A DNA stretch of 63,194 nt, counting the filler, from Lenisia limosa (lineage: Eukaryota; Protista; Breviatea): assembly GCA_001655205.1 (NCBI GenBank). It is 10 parts of 10 records of this genome, joined end to end, with 100 filler letters (N's around TTAATTAATTAA, not from the genome) between each part and the next. Parts side by side here need not be neighbours in the genome. Positions count along the whole stretch, not along the records: positions 18,805 to 32,089 come from LPNZ01011500.1; positions 32,190 to 34,552 come from LPNZ01003119.1; positions 34,653 to 48,071 come from LPNZ01008123.1; 7 more parts are not named here. The stretch is one strand, 5' to 3'. Under the pieces are notes generated by a model. That model did not search any database. It saw only the letters and a list, made by a program, of their open reading frames with translations, and had not been told where the DNA came from. Position 1 is the first letter of the stretch. Each line of letters starts with the position of its first letter. Shown here piece by piece: positions 25,601 to 38,405 of this stretch. A program made the position numbers and the translations under genes.

Positions 25601-28504
25601 ACAAAATGTTTAAGAGTACAAAACAACAAAGCCAGTGTTGGTGCTACTATTATGAGATAGGGATTCCTTCTGTCCAAAAAAACTCCTCCAAAAATATCGA
25701 TATTTTATCGATTTATCGATATAACAGCAGTTCCTTAAGAAAGCCCCCCATATCCCCACCTGTCCGTATGACCCATATCCATGCTGGACTTCACATTCGT
25801 TTTGATCATGCCCTTCACCGGTCAAGGCATTGTACCTATACATTTTGAGTGTAATAAATACTGTGCCTTCACGATAAGAAGGCCCTTGCCTGGTCAATTA
25901 AGGTGGCCGTACCTGTAGCCGCACTCTAGTTCTCAAAAGCCTGTACAAAAACCACCCTTTTATCCTCGTTTAATATCCTGCTTGTTGGAAATACGTACAG
26001 TTGCCATTGAAAGTCTTGATCGATTGACCAGATTTCCCAAGGAAAATCGGTTAAGACAACCACGGCACAGTAGAGTCGTTTTATTGTCGTATTATTGTCG
26101 AAGTCCATGTATGGTAATTTGTTTATCCCAACCCTATGTATTTTTCTCTATCCCCAAAAGAAGTCCAACCTTGGCCATGCGGGTGAGGCTCCTGTGGAGG
26201 GCTGGAAGAGATTCCCTTCATAGTCGAATACAAAGGCCTAGTAGATGTGAGAGGATTCATTCACCCACAAGATTCGTACACACTAATCTAGAAGACATAT
26301 TATTAGTATATGATACCTCTATCCACTTTGGTGACAACTAGGGCTTCCATACAGTCGAAAAATACCGGTAAAATATCGATATACTATAGAGTAACCTAGA
26401 TAATCTTGACCGATTTATTCTCAAGGAAAATTGGTCAAGACTATCCCGGTCAACGATATATCGAGAAATGCAGTCTTTTTGGGACCTTAGGGAACTAGTA
26501 ACTACCTCCCTCATGACTTGAATTAAACTCTCTCTGTGAAATCATCCCGAAATCCCGAAGGGTCATTATAATTACTTATGCATATTTTTTAAAAAACTAT
26601 TTTTGCAAAATAAAAAAAGGACTGAACCACCTTAAAAGAAGCCTTAAGCCCCCACCTGTGCACCTCCGTCGGTGGCCTTGGCTGTTTGAGTGGTTGAAAC
26701 ATAAATTTCAGTATAGCCGTCTCTGAAGACGTCAAATCAGGCCAAGTATTCAAAGTTTCAAGTTTATCTTGGTGACGATCCATATCATAGAAAAAAACTT
26801 CATGATATAGTACATACTATAATATAGTATATCAGATTATATTATACACTACATCATATATAATATACAAAATAAAATAATGATATTATCTACATTTTAA
26901 AGCAGACAGCAATCCCTATAAGCAAGCAGCTGTCAAGTTTCCGTATAGCAGCCCTATTCATGTCTTCTTATAAAAGCCATATTCAAGTATTCCTTAACCA
27001 ACCTGTTCAAATCAGCACATGACATTCCGCGGATCTCAATGCTATTTCCATCTCCTCTGGCGCTCTAAAAGGATGACAAGTTGAGACTCCATCAATATCC
27101 CCTTTTTGCGTCATTTTCAAACGTGTGAACTATCTTCACGCAGTGATATTATCTCATATCCACTCGTGTGATAATTGACTGACAAGTCTCAATGGTACTC
27201 TGATACACTCGGAATGAACCCTCGTGTTATCTTCTTTCAACATTTCGACTTGAAAGTCGGCCATATGATCAATAACTAGTGGATATGGGTTACTTAAAGA
27301 GCAGCAGATCAAAGGAAGAAGCAATCGATCAGTTCAGAGCATATTTTCTAATGCTATTACATGCTAATACAAATTCACACTACCGAATTCAATACATACC
27401 ACAGGGAACCCGGACTTCACAACGAGAGACCAAACGCCTTTAGTGCTATATGCGGTGATTACGTAATAATAGTAAGCGCAAATATAGGGGTGGCTGCTTT
27501 ATAACATTAGTAACTGGGGTGACTAGTATACGAGGGAAAAAATAATTCCGACGAAAGTACCCTTGGTGTATATTATCTCACATCATATTTAGCTTTAGCA
27601 CGCACTCATACTTAACATACCACATGATGTCAGGCTGAAGCCATCCACACTATCAAGATGGAAATGAATTATAGTATTCTATTGGTACAATAAACCAACA
27701 ATAATCCAAGCGCCTCACATTTCAACGTTGTAGGCGAACACCTCCTCGCCTCTTCCAAGAACAATTTCAGGCTTGCCATCCTGCTCCAAGTCCACAACAC
27801 AAAATGGTGCGTACACCCTTTTTACTCCCTGGAATGTCAGAAGTATTTGGGGAATGTAAATTATTCTCACTTGCGATGTGATTTGAAGGAAACCGAAGCT
27901 GTCAATATCATTAATCCAAATATTAACTTGGGACATCAACACACAAAGCTGTTCCTATCATAGTTCATTATCCATTACTATTCCATGTAATATGTAATTA
28001 TTCATGATGGGTCTTATCCAATTTATTTTCCCCGCCAAAAACACTTTCAGCACATACACTTATTTTTGTTCTTGCCAGCTCATTAAACGACTGTCCAGAG
28101 TAGAGGAAAAGGTCGTACGAAGCGATAATGATTTCTAGCTTCCCATCGCCTGGAAGTGGTCATCAGAAACTCAGCAAAAGGGGGGTCAAAAACGATGGCA
28201 AAATGCCAAGTCATTCTACATAACTTGGAATACCTCTCTGATGCTTATCATCCAAATCATCATATCATACGCTTACCATCCATATCATAAGCTACTGGCG
28301 GCGAGTGCCAGTTCGTTTGAGAGGCCAAGTTCTTGACAAATTTCGGCTCACTGACAGAAAGGCTCTCTGACGATGATGTACATGTTGCTGATCGGTGAGA
28401 AGAGATGAGAGTCCCTCCTTGTGCCGCCTCCCCTCCATACATGCTATTACAGACAGAACATGACAAAGAAGAGCCAGAAGGACGACGGGTGCCTTTCTCT
28501 CCAT
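22682..28504 (-). CDS. Secreted FG-GAP/VCBS-like repeat (beta-propeller) protein
   Basis: A signal peptide MERKAPVVLLALLCHVLSVIA starts at 28504. Repeated D-x-D-x-DG-x-x-E-I motifs follow: PVAYDMD+GDGKLEIII, VVDLEQDGKPEIVLG, AIGNLDDDDDLEVVI, NGDGKNELFG, FGKLSSDSVVDIVV. The 3' end is approximate. Confidence 0.8.
23410..23577. repeat. 28-bp intronic minisatellite, about 6 copies
   Basis: (CCAAAGTGAGTCAGAAGTTGGAAGGTGA)n, no spacers. Confidence 0.92.
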
Positions 28505-28736
28505 GTTTAGAGAGACGTTTGCTCCTTGATCCCCAGCACCACACTATCGGTAAAATGATTGACTGTAAATAGACTATTCAATATATAAATATATTCTAAT
28601 ATATTAGTAAAATTTATCTGACCAAAACCACGTACCCTCCCAACCCTCCAGGGGGCTAAAACAGCAAAAACAAAGTGAAACTTTCTGGTACACCGTTCTC
28701 CCAGGTTATCATATATAACAGTTTACAATCCAAAGA

Positions 28737-31700
28737 ATGAAACTCAGTTCAGAGTTGAAATACATTTATACACGGCGACATTATCTCCACTTTTACGACA
28801 TTTCTCAAAAGCAAAGTATAACACTTTTTCAAATAGTTGCTTTTTGCCAGCCAGTTGCCAGCACCTCATCGCCCCTCTTCCTATTTCCTCCCTGCAAATC
28901 GGTTAACAAGGTTAATTAGCCAAGTAATCACGGGAAGCAGGAGTGTAATCTTCCCAATAGCTTCTTTTCGGACCTTGTTCAAGAATGTAGCGATCAAACT
29001 GACGATGATATCACGACCCACTCCAAGGTTGGAAGCCGTTTTACATGACGTGGAAAATGCTAAAGTGTGGTGCATATGTTGGTGTCCTCTTTTATCTAGT
29101 TTGTCTGTCTTGGCCTTTTTTGTGGTACCTATCCAGTATAACGTTTTCCCGCAAGTGGAATGTTCTCTTGTTTCATAATAGACCACCCATCATGTCCATC
29201 AAAATGAATTATAAATTAACCCAATCATTTGCCTTCCAGCTCCCTGAACATATTTGTATATCTCCTCCATTTGCTTCTTATGCATTTGAGCTTGTTAATC
29301 TCTCGCCTCTCATTTCTGCAGAATTATTTTTTTGTTTTGTTTTTTTCTGATATAAATGAAGAAGTCAACCCATACCCAATATTTTGTCTCAGTGCTCTTC
29401 TTCTGGTAGAAGTTGGGCTTCACTTCGGTCTTGAAAACAGGCGGAATTTCTCGATAAATCATGAATGTTGTTCCTTTTTCTTTGTAAAGCCTTTGGTAGC
29501 ACACTCTCATAAAACACCCCAGTTTTCACCTTATAACCATTTTAGTGTCGCGGACCGGATGAGGGAGGCAAACTACAGTCCGGCCGCTCAGCCGTCCAAC
29601 CCCCTCCTGCAGAGCCCGGTTGTGGCTGTATGAGGGGAAATGTAATCGGAAATATGATCTGGACGACACCGTTTATACCTGTGATATATATGTACTATAA
29701 AGATTGTTAGTGCACAAGAATAATTGGCATGTTATTTTATTGTAACATCCAGGTGGTACTCTGTTACAAATTTCTGATCCCCCCCTCCCTCAACCGATAT
29801 CATATATTATGTACCCCTCAGATGCTATATAACAGGGCTTCACTTTGGTTCGGAAAAAACTAAATTTCTCGATAAATCGTCGAAAACTATCGATAATTGA
29901 TCGGTTTTTTTAGAACCGAAGTGAAGCCCTATATATAACCCCCAAGACCGACAGCATATAATCCCCCCAGACTGATGCTACGCCGCCGGCGCGCAATCTT
30001 TTCAGCGCCGGCTTGGAGACACCGCAAGCCGTGACGGGACGACGACCTGCCGCTAACAGGTGCAGCCGGTTTCGGATAGAATTTTCTGGTAATAACCGCA
30101 GAAGCGACTAGCCTGGGCTTTGTTTTGTTCTCAACCCTCGTGTGGTCAAGTTTATTTTTTCCTTTTTTTTATCAAATTGTCCATTTTACACCCCCCCCCC
30201 CNNNNNNNNNNNNNNNNNNNNNNNNNNNNNNNNNNNNNNNNNNNNNNNNNNNNNNNNNNNNNNNNNNNNNNNNNNNNNNNNNNNCCGAGCTCTCCTCTCC
30301 CGAACTAGAAGCCAGGGTCCAAGGACTCCAGGCCCGACTAGCAATGATTGAGCAGCACCACTCCACTGCTACTGGTGGGGGTGTGGTATACTAATCTAGC
30401 AGCACCACTCCACTGCTCCTGTTTATAAGCGGTATTATATACTAGTAAATATATACTAGTAAACTAGTAGTATATCTCTATATATACATATGATAATTTA
30501 TGTATCATGGATGCATGTTCTCTTTGGGTGGGCCTAATGTAATATGTAAAAGTAAGCAGTTTTCCATTCCTATTCTCATGAACTTCAGCCCCCCGTCCCG
30601 GACCAGATCCACGCAAAATACGGGCTGCACGCGATTTGCGTCGACGCCTCGAAATGCAGCGCCTCCAGCAACAGGTTGAAAGCCAGAAGACGGGTGAACC
30701 CCCGGCGGCAGATGAAGTCAGCAATGATCACGTGATCGAGGATGTTGTCCAATATCCGGATGCCGGGCAGAGGTCCACGTCACCGCCCGAGACGGTTTCG
30801 AGTTATGCCGCTTCACATGGCGGGAGTGGCAGGTCGGAGGTGATTGCAATTGAGCGTAATCGACGCGAAAGCTTGCGCAAACACATCATCGAGAACCGTT
30901 ACGCCCATTCTCAGCACCATGTTGCTCCCCTCCGAGCCCCGTCGGAAGCCTCATCGGAAGCAAAACAGGCCCCCACTCGCGATACCGACACCGACCGGAT
31001 CAATGAAGACCCTCAAAATACCCGGGCCATGCGCAATGACAGCAGTTTCGACCAGCAATTGGGCGACCCGTCACGGACAGGCCAATTGCGGACCCCCGGT
31101 GGTCGAAATGCCCGTCCCGGGGACGAGGAGCATCGAGGAGTGGGGGGGNNNNNNNNNNNNNNNNNNNNNNNNNNNNNNNNNNNNNNNNNNNNNNNNNNNN
31201 NNNNNNNNNNNNNNNNNNNNNNNNNNNNNNNNNNNNNNNNNNNNNNNNNNNNNNNNNNNNNNNNNNNNNNNNNNNNNNNNNNNNNNNNNNNNNNNNNNNN
31301 NNNNNNNNNNNNNNNNNNNNNNNNNNNNNNNNNNNNNNNNNNNNNNNNNNNNNNNNNNNNNNNNNNNNNNNNNNNNNNNNNNNNNNNNNNNNNNNNNNNN
31401 NNNNNNNNNNNNNNNNNNNNNNNNNNNNNNNNNNNNNNNNNNNNNNNNAGTCTGTGTATCATTGTTTTGTACGTAAGCGTATCCCATATGTCTGTGTATC
31501 ATTGTTTTGTACGTAAGCGTATCCCATTAGTTTGTGTATCATTGTTTTGTACGTAAGCGTATCCCATTTTGTAATGCTCCTCATTAATCCTTCATCACCA
31601 CCCGACTTTACTATTTAGGGCCCTCGACAACCGTCCACAACAAGCCGCCTATCCCTTGAAGAACTTTCACAAATGCCCACCCCACAACTCTCACAACTTC

Positions 31701-31945
31701 AATCTCCCTCTCCCCAGCCCGGACAAGCATCTCCCCCACTCCCAGCCACCCCAATCCATCATGAAGCCCGAACCCCCCAGAAAACCTCCCCCGAAACCAA
31801 TCAAAGTAATCAAGACAGCCCTCCAATGGAACCTAGCTTCCGAGACTCACTTTATGATAATGATGACGGACATGATTTGAGCATGATTGCGGTGACAGCA
31901 CCAGACCAAAGTGTGATGAGCCCCCCGCAAGCACGGCGTCAGGGT
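28737..31945 (+). CDS. Unidentified, largely disordered protein with short coiled coils (partial; start uncertain)
   Basis: Exons include DATPPARNLFSAGLETP, ELEARVQGLQARLAMIEQ, a long exon at about 30590-31140 (RRRLEMQRLQQQVESQ..) and ATPIHHEARTPQK. Splice sites are on the + strand. Confidence 0.5.
31450..31568. repeat. About 40-bp tandem repeat, 3 visible copies, probably extending into the preceding N gap
   Basis: GTGTATCATTGTTTTGTACGTAAGCGTATCCCAT occurs three times. Confidence 0.85.
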
Positions 31946-32189
31946 AGGTTGTTTCATTCATTTCCCTGTGTGTTTTTTGTTCTCAATAGGGCTTCACTCT
32001 GATCCAGAAAAAGACTGCTTTTCTCGATAAATCGTCAATAGTTTATCGATCTATACCCCCAGTATAAGTGTTGCTTTTTTGTTTTTTCGNNNNNNNNNNN
32101 NNNNNNNNNNNNNNNNNNNNNNNNNNNNNNNNNTTAATTAATTAANNNNNNNNNNNNNNNNNNNNNNNNNNNNNNNNNNNNNNNNNNNN

Positions 32190-32333
32190 TCAACACCATC
32201 ATCAACACCATCACCACCACCATCATCAACACCATCATCAACACCATCATCAACACCATCACCAACACCATCATCAACACCATCACCAACACCATCATCA
32301 ACACCATCATCACCACTATCATCAACATCATTC
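32190..32333. repeat. 12-bp tandem repeat (AACACCATCATC)n
   Basis: Direct reading of the sequence at the scaffold edge. Confidence 0.9.
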
Positions 32334-32343
32334 ACCCTCCCCC

Positions 32344-34310
32344 CACTTGCGACAGTTTCTCCTTCTGTTCAGTCTCCACATCACTCTGGGTCTGTACCAA
32401 GGCCTCAACCTTAGCCATAGCCTTAGCCACGGTTTCAGCGGTGCGCGCGTGCGTATCTTGGCGCGTAGCGTGGAGCGTTTCAGTGATTTGCTCTTTCAGT
32501 GCGTCAATTTCTCCCTAAAATGGGGTTAATTCTAACTAGTGGTTTTGTTTACAGTGGTGAGTCGAAAGGGAAAATCGTATAAGAGACAACGGTAGCCATT
32601 AATTGTAACTGTTGATCAACATTAATTGACAAATTTGAAATTAAAGGGCCTGAAATGGGGTTCTCGTGACAATATATCTCACGTCAAATATTGAAATTAT
32701 TGTCTTAATTAAATTACACCATTTGCTTGAAGACAAGTTATGATTACCCCCACCCCACCTCAATTCCAGCAACTCTAGCCACTTTGTTGTTCATTATACG
32801 CACTGCTTCCTGGGGGGGGGGGTTATGTCAGTAATGAAGATGAGTAAATTGATGTTAATAATGTTAATAATGGAAACAATGTTCAATATGATGAAGGGAT
32901 GGAAATGAGGGACACCCCTAACTTCATACCCCACCTTCCACACAAACNNNNNNNNNNNNNNNNNNNNNNNNNNNNNNNNNNNNNNNNNNNNNNNNNNNNN
33001 NNNNNNNNNNNNNNNNNNNNNNNNNNNNNNNNNNNNNNNNNNNNNNNNNNNNNNNNNNNNNNNNNNNNNNNNNNNNNNNNNNNNNNNNNNNNATATTATT
33101 TCTCTTGTTTCAAAAAATGCCGCATAATACTCCCCCACCCTTCATCCCCGCTTCTATATACCATACACTGTATCGTATATCTTCAAATACGACAATACAG
33201 TAACCACCATAAGTGACACAATTGACAAAAGATAAAGCTCAATATCCATGTCAAGACTTATCACGGTCAGTGTACAAGGCTATATCACACGACACCCCCC
33301 TCCCCCAACCTTCATGACCCGAAGAGAGTCATCGGCATCGTTGGACTCTTCCGCGTTCTCATGAAACCGCTCAACAACCTGGGGGGGGGGGAGATTATNN
33401 NNNNNNNNNNNNNNNNNNNNNNNNNNNNNNNNNNNNNNNNNNNNNNNNNNNNNNNNNNNNNNNNNNNNNNNNNNNNNNNNNTGATTACAACAAAACATAA
33501 CCTCAGTCGCTTCTGCAGCACCACATCCCATCACTCAGGCAGCGTACGATACAATGGTTTATTATATAAAATATTGGAGTTAAAGTTTCTTGGAAAATTG
33601 GAAAATTTATGAAAAATAAAGCCCGAAATCAACTCTGACTAGTCAAAATGACTAAAAGGGTCAGGCAAGTCAAGAGGAATTTGATAAGAGGAAAAGGAAA
33701 AAAAAAAATCCACTGGAAGGGGGAGTGTGCCTGGGAGTGATTTTTATGAAATAACATTTAGGGAAACAAATAAATAAGACAACGTTCTCGGGGCGGGACA
33801 CATCATCCTTTTTCAATAGAGGCTCTGCTGCATAAAAGTCTCCCCCCCCCCTCCCCGCGCTTTTTGCTTTGTAGGAAAGGGCAGTTAAATTTGAATCAAT
33901 GTATATCATAATTATATATTAATTAAATAATATTATCATCTCACCTCGCGGAAGTCTCGCGTTCGTCTCTTTTCAAGGTCCCTGACCTCAACAAATAAGT
34001 TCTCCACCACCGTTCGAAGAGTTTCTGAGGTGTTAGTGCGGTGAAAAACACCCACATTACAAATGCATACACTTAAACTCGTGAATATTAACTTTACGCC
34101 AGTATTCTTCATTGAAATTTCCTTTGTTTTATCCTTTCTTTATCGAAATTCCTTTCGTTTACCTCCCCCCCCACACCCGCACCCCCGCACCAATATTAGT
34201 TTCAGCTATTGTGGCCTTATCAGCGACCTCGCCCAATTTATGATGGCCTTGGTGCTCATTTTCAAGTACAGCTTGCTGGACTTCTACCAAGGACGCTGCC
34301 ACTGCCTCCA
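32344..34310 (-). CDS. Coiled-coil protein fragment
   Basis: Exons read QRMEAVAASLVEVQQAVLENE, ETLRTVVENLFVEVRDLEK, VVERFHENAEE and GEIDALKEQITETLH..VEALVQ. The scaffold is bounded by linkers. Confidence 0.6.
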
Positions 34311-35639
34311 TGCGTTGGCTGGAGGTGTTATTCGGGGTACGGCTACTTCGGTAACAAAAAAGACAGAATTCGACAAAATGAAAAATATAGATATTTTACC
34401 GTCTTGATCGGACTGGTGTGAAGCCCTAATTAAAAGAAGGAAGGTGTTTTAAAAAAAATTTGAGTATGTGTATGTTTGTGTATGTACATATTTTGAAAAT
34501 GTGTACATGTATATCATATGTATGTGATCATCATTTCTGATCCCCCCCCCCCNNNNNNNNNNNNNNNNNNNNNNNNNNNNNNNNNNNNNNNNNNNNTTAA
34601 TTAATTAANNNNNNNNNNNNNNNNNNNNNNNNNNNNNNNNNNNNNNNNNNNNAGGGCTGGCTTCATCCATCTATCATCTTGCTTGACTGATTTTCCACGG
34701 ATTATAATATTCACCCACGCTTTCATTTTTAGATATTCATTTCTTTACACTTTGAGTGATTTGTATTGTTTCCTTTTGTTTGTGTTTTTATTTTCTTGTA
34801 TGTTTTTGATACATTTTTGAAATTCCATCATTCAATCATGTGCGGATAAGTGCGGATGAAAAAGAAATTGCAGATTAATTGTGACAAAAGTTGGAAGAAC
34901 GTGAGAATTAATAGATAAGCCATACATTGACAAATATTGAAGAGTGGACTCTTATTTTTTAGGCTCATTTCCTTTGCTATCTCTCAAATCTTGTGAGTTG
35001 GCTTGTAAGCTTCTATTAGTTCCGAAGACTGAAATGTGTAATCGATATGATATTGTATAACAATTTTTGTATCTGGCCGAAGCCGTCCAGATCATCACGC
35101 TCATAAGAGATATTGGATCATAGTATGATACTAATTCACCCAATCATTTGCCGTAATGAGCACACAGATTTTTACGTATATATCTCAGCATACCTACAGG
35201 AGTACCGCAAAATACCAACGTACTGTGAATAAATCATGTGGGCTTACTTCAAACACCATGTCTCTTGTATCCATGACCCATATCAATCGTGACTTGAATG
35301 CAACAAATCATGATGCAGAGTCAATCCCAATGGNNNNNNNNNNNNNNNNNNNNNNNNNNNNNNNNNNNCCGATGTCTTGGTAAATGAGCCATCTCACCCC
35401 CAGCATGCTGTTCCTTTTGTGGGGAGGGAGGGAGGGGGAGGTGAAATAATTATCTTCTTCAAAAATAATGTTTTTTTGAGAAAACAGTTCATGATTCACA
35501 AAAGTAAGAGAAAAACTGTCAGATGAGACCAATAATACTATGATCTAATCAGTTTGAAGCCATAATACCCCAGCAACTTGAATAAATATTGTCATTTTCT
35601 TTTGTTGGCACCTGATACCAGAATAAATCTCATTAGAAT

Positions 35640-37480
35640 AGCATTTGGTACGTTCACAGAGCTGCTTCAATGGACCTGTTCCACAGAATGGCCTTAAGGT
35701 ATGTGACAGGGTCCTCTGTTGTTATCGGTTTTGATGATTTCGCTTATGGCCAAGGTTCGTGTCTCCAATCTGACTATTGGAGAGACCGGAACTGAAATGG
35801 ACGTTGTCGTAACGGTAAGCTCGTCATAAACTTCTTTACCAATGTAACAGTGGATAATAGTCATTTCAAAATTTCTAATTCTGCGAAGTAGTTTCTGAAA
35901 AAATTAACTCCACGGTGTGTATTTGTCTCTTTTGTTTCACTTTTAGGGGGAATGTGGATTGGGTTCTCGTGTAAGTGTTGTTGCTGAAACCCTGACCTGT
36001 GACTTCACCACTGGATGGAGTAAAGACATCAAGTGCATTCCTGGAAGTGGGTGGAAACGGAAATCTTTATCTAAATTTTCTAATTCCGTGTCATATTCAA
36101 AAAGTAGCAATTTGTCCGGTGCCGCAGGTTCCAAATGGGTCGTTTTCCGATTGTACCGAGGGAAGCACGGTTTTTAGCCCCAACTCCTGTACTGCGCAAT
36201 GTGATGCCAACTTTCCTGTCTTCCCTACTGGTATGCTGTAATGGAGTTGTGGGATTCTCATTTTCAGGATCTGTCTACACCTGCAATATGACCAGTGTTC
36301 TGACAACAGCGGAGGGTGATACAGATGTACCGTAAGTGGCTTACTTCTGAGTTTCTTTGTAAATTAGTAATTTGCTGTTTTACATCTTATATACACTATT
36401 CACTTCACATATATACACATATTATTACACATGTTGACTCGATTCAGATGCCAGCCATGCTCATACGTCAATCGTGTTGGTACTTCAACGTGCGGAGGCT
36501 GTATGGATGATTACTTTTTAGAGGCGTGGGAGAGGGAGTTGTTGATTTCAAGAACACGATAATTCAAAGTGATTGCATTTTCATGATATAGGGGCCAGTG
36601 CTTTGCTTGTTCTTCAATTGGCAGAAGCGGACTTGCTGGTGAGGTTTTTTTTCCAAATTTCTGTTGTTCTTGTAATCGACGAGGAGGGTGTATGATCCAC
36701 CCAGGTGATGGTTGTGGGAGATGTGCAGCAGGGTTCTACAACACCGCAAATGGCAGCACTAATTCACTTGACGTTTGTACTCGTAAGCAAAGGACGTAAT
36801 TGTTGGCATCATGGTGGTTTCCGATTACCCCCTCAGCTTGTACGGTATGCCCATCAGGCCAAGTGGCTGACCCGAAATGCACCGTCACCAAAAACTCATC
36901 TTGCAGAACCAGACGTGAGCTTCTACTTAACAATATTGGTTTCATTTCGTCCGTCATTTGATAAACCATATTGTTCTTGAACATGACCATGACCCTCTAG
37001 GTGACTGTAGTTCTGGCTATGTGGCCTATGATGCCGACTGCGATGGACGCTGTCCGTCGGTTAATGACATGGAGGGCGGCTGTAACGTATCGGTAGGGGG
37101 AGAATCTTTAGGAAACTATAAAATGTTGTAGCTAAAACCTCATTTCAGACACTTTTTGCTTTTCTTCAAAAATAAACACAATACAAGTTTTATGGTATCT
37201 AAATAGTCATTGTCATGGTCTAAGTGCCGGGGGAACGGGAAGAGTTGTGTTCACATCTTTAGCCAACTTCATTGAGCGGTACTTGTGCCGAAGCGATAAG
37301 CTGGTTTGCAGGCTTGCGGGTGTCTTATTGGGTGCGTTTTTACGGTTGTAGGTACTGCTGCTCATGCAAAAATGGAAATATGAACCTCTATTAGAGGTCA
37401 TACCATTATTATTAGTTTATTTTTCAACATTTCAGGATTAACTTTTTTTGGATCATCCTTTCTGGAATAAACTTGGGGTG
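35640..37480 (+). CDS. Cysteine-rich extracellular protein with Sushi/CCP-like and TNFR-like repeats (ends uncertain)
   Basis: Exons read LTCDFTTGWSKDIKCIP, VPNGSFSDC..NSCTAQCDANF, CQPCSYVNRVGTSTCGGC, CGRCAAGFYN, CTVCPSGQVADPKCTVTKNSSC and CSSGYVAYDADCDGRC. Confidence 0.65.
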
Positions 37481-38279
37481 AGTGGACCCGGAATGGTTCT
37501 CTGATGCGAAGCGCCGCTGGGTGGCGAAGCCGAGTTAGTTCAGAGTGCGAAATGAGCAGTTTTACCAAATGATAAAACTGACAATAAACTTAAAGTGAAA
37601 GATGGTAATTTGGTTCACAAAAACGGATATTCTCTCCCCATACTTGTCTCATATTGCGTGAGACTATATTATTTATCTTGCCACTGAGGCGGGTCAGTTT
37701 CCCCTAGGTCCACATGACCGACCGTTTGAGTTGGTTGATTAGATGATGAGTATTTTAGGACTATTATTACTACTGTTGGTTGGCTATTAAATTGCCCAAA
37801 AAACAATCAGTGAACAAAAGAACGAATAAACAAACAATTACGGGATCGGAATGGTGGAGGCAACAGCTAAATATCTTTCTTTCAAAAATGAAAAGGTTAC
37901 GATAGTTTTTTTTAGATCTCTACGCATATCAATAATAATATAAATAAAAGGCAGATGTCTAACACGTCATTTGAGCAACGGTTGAGCTTCCAGCAATATA
38001 GGTGCCTATATTTTTATGAGAGAGTTTCAATAGTTTTAAAAGGTGACTGTTGCAAACCTGGTGAAATTTCGGGGATTTCGGGATCGTAAGAGTAGCGTAA
38101 AACTAAAGAAGACTACATTTGTAAGATGACACAAAACTACAATCAAAACAAAAACTGCGATGAAAAAAATTGGCTATTAGTTTTGAGTTTAAAAAATGAA
38201 TAAATTTTCTGGGGGGGGGGGATAATTCACATATCTGCGGTCTTTTTTTGCTCTCNNNNNNNNNNTGCAATATCTTACT

Positions 38280-38371
38280 TAGGGCTTCACTTAGGTTCGA
38301 AATAATACTGAATTTGAATTTCTCGATAATCGAAAGCTAATTGGTATTATTCGAACCGAAGTGAAGCCCTA
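38280..38371. mobile_element. hAT-type MITE copy
   Basis: Same TIRs, flanks atcttact / atctttct. Confidence 0.85.
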
Positions 38372-38405
38372 ATCTTTCTTATTCCCAATGGCTGATTGTA
38401 CAGAC

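Noticed and set aside
26930-27275. Stop-riddled frames in an FG-GAP intron, faintly like Ty3/gypsy pol (HPFRAPEE; DLNRLVKEYLNMAFIR)
   Set aside because: The similarity is too short and split between frames, with no RT motifs nearby. It needs a TBLASTX or HMM search.
32134-32335. ORFs with poly-(MMVL) or (DDGV) repeats
   Set aside because: Translations of a 12-bp tandem repeat running into a linker.
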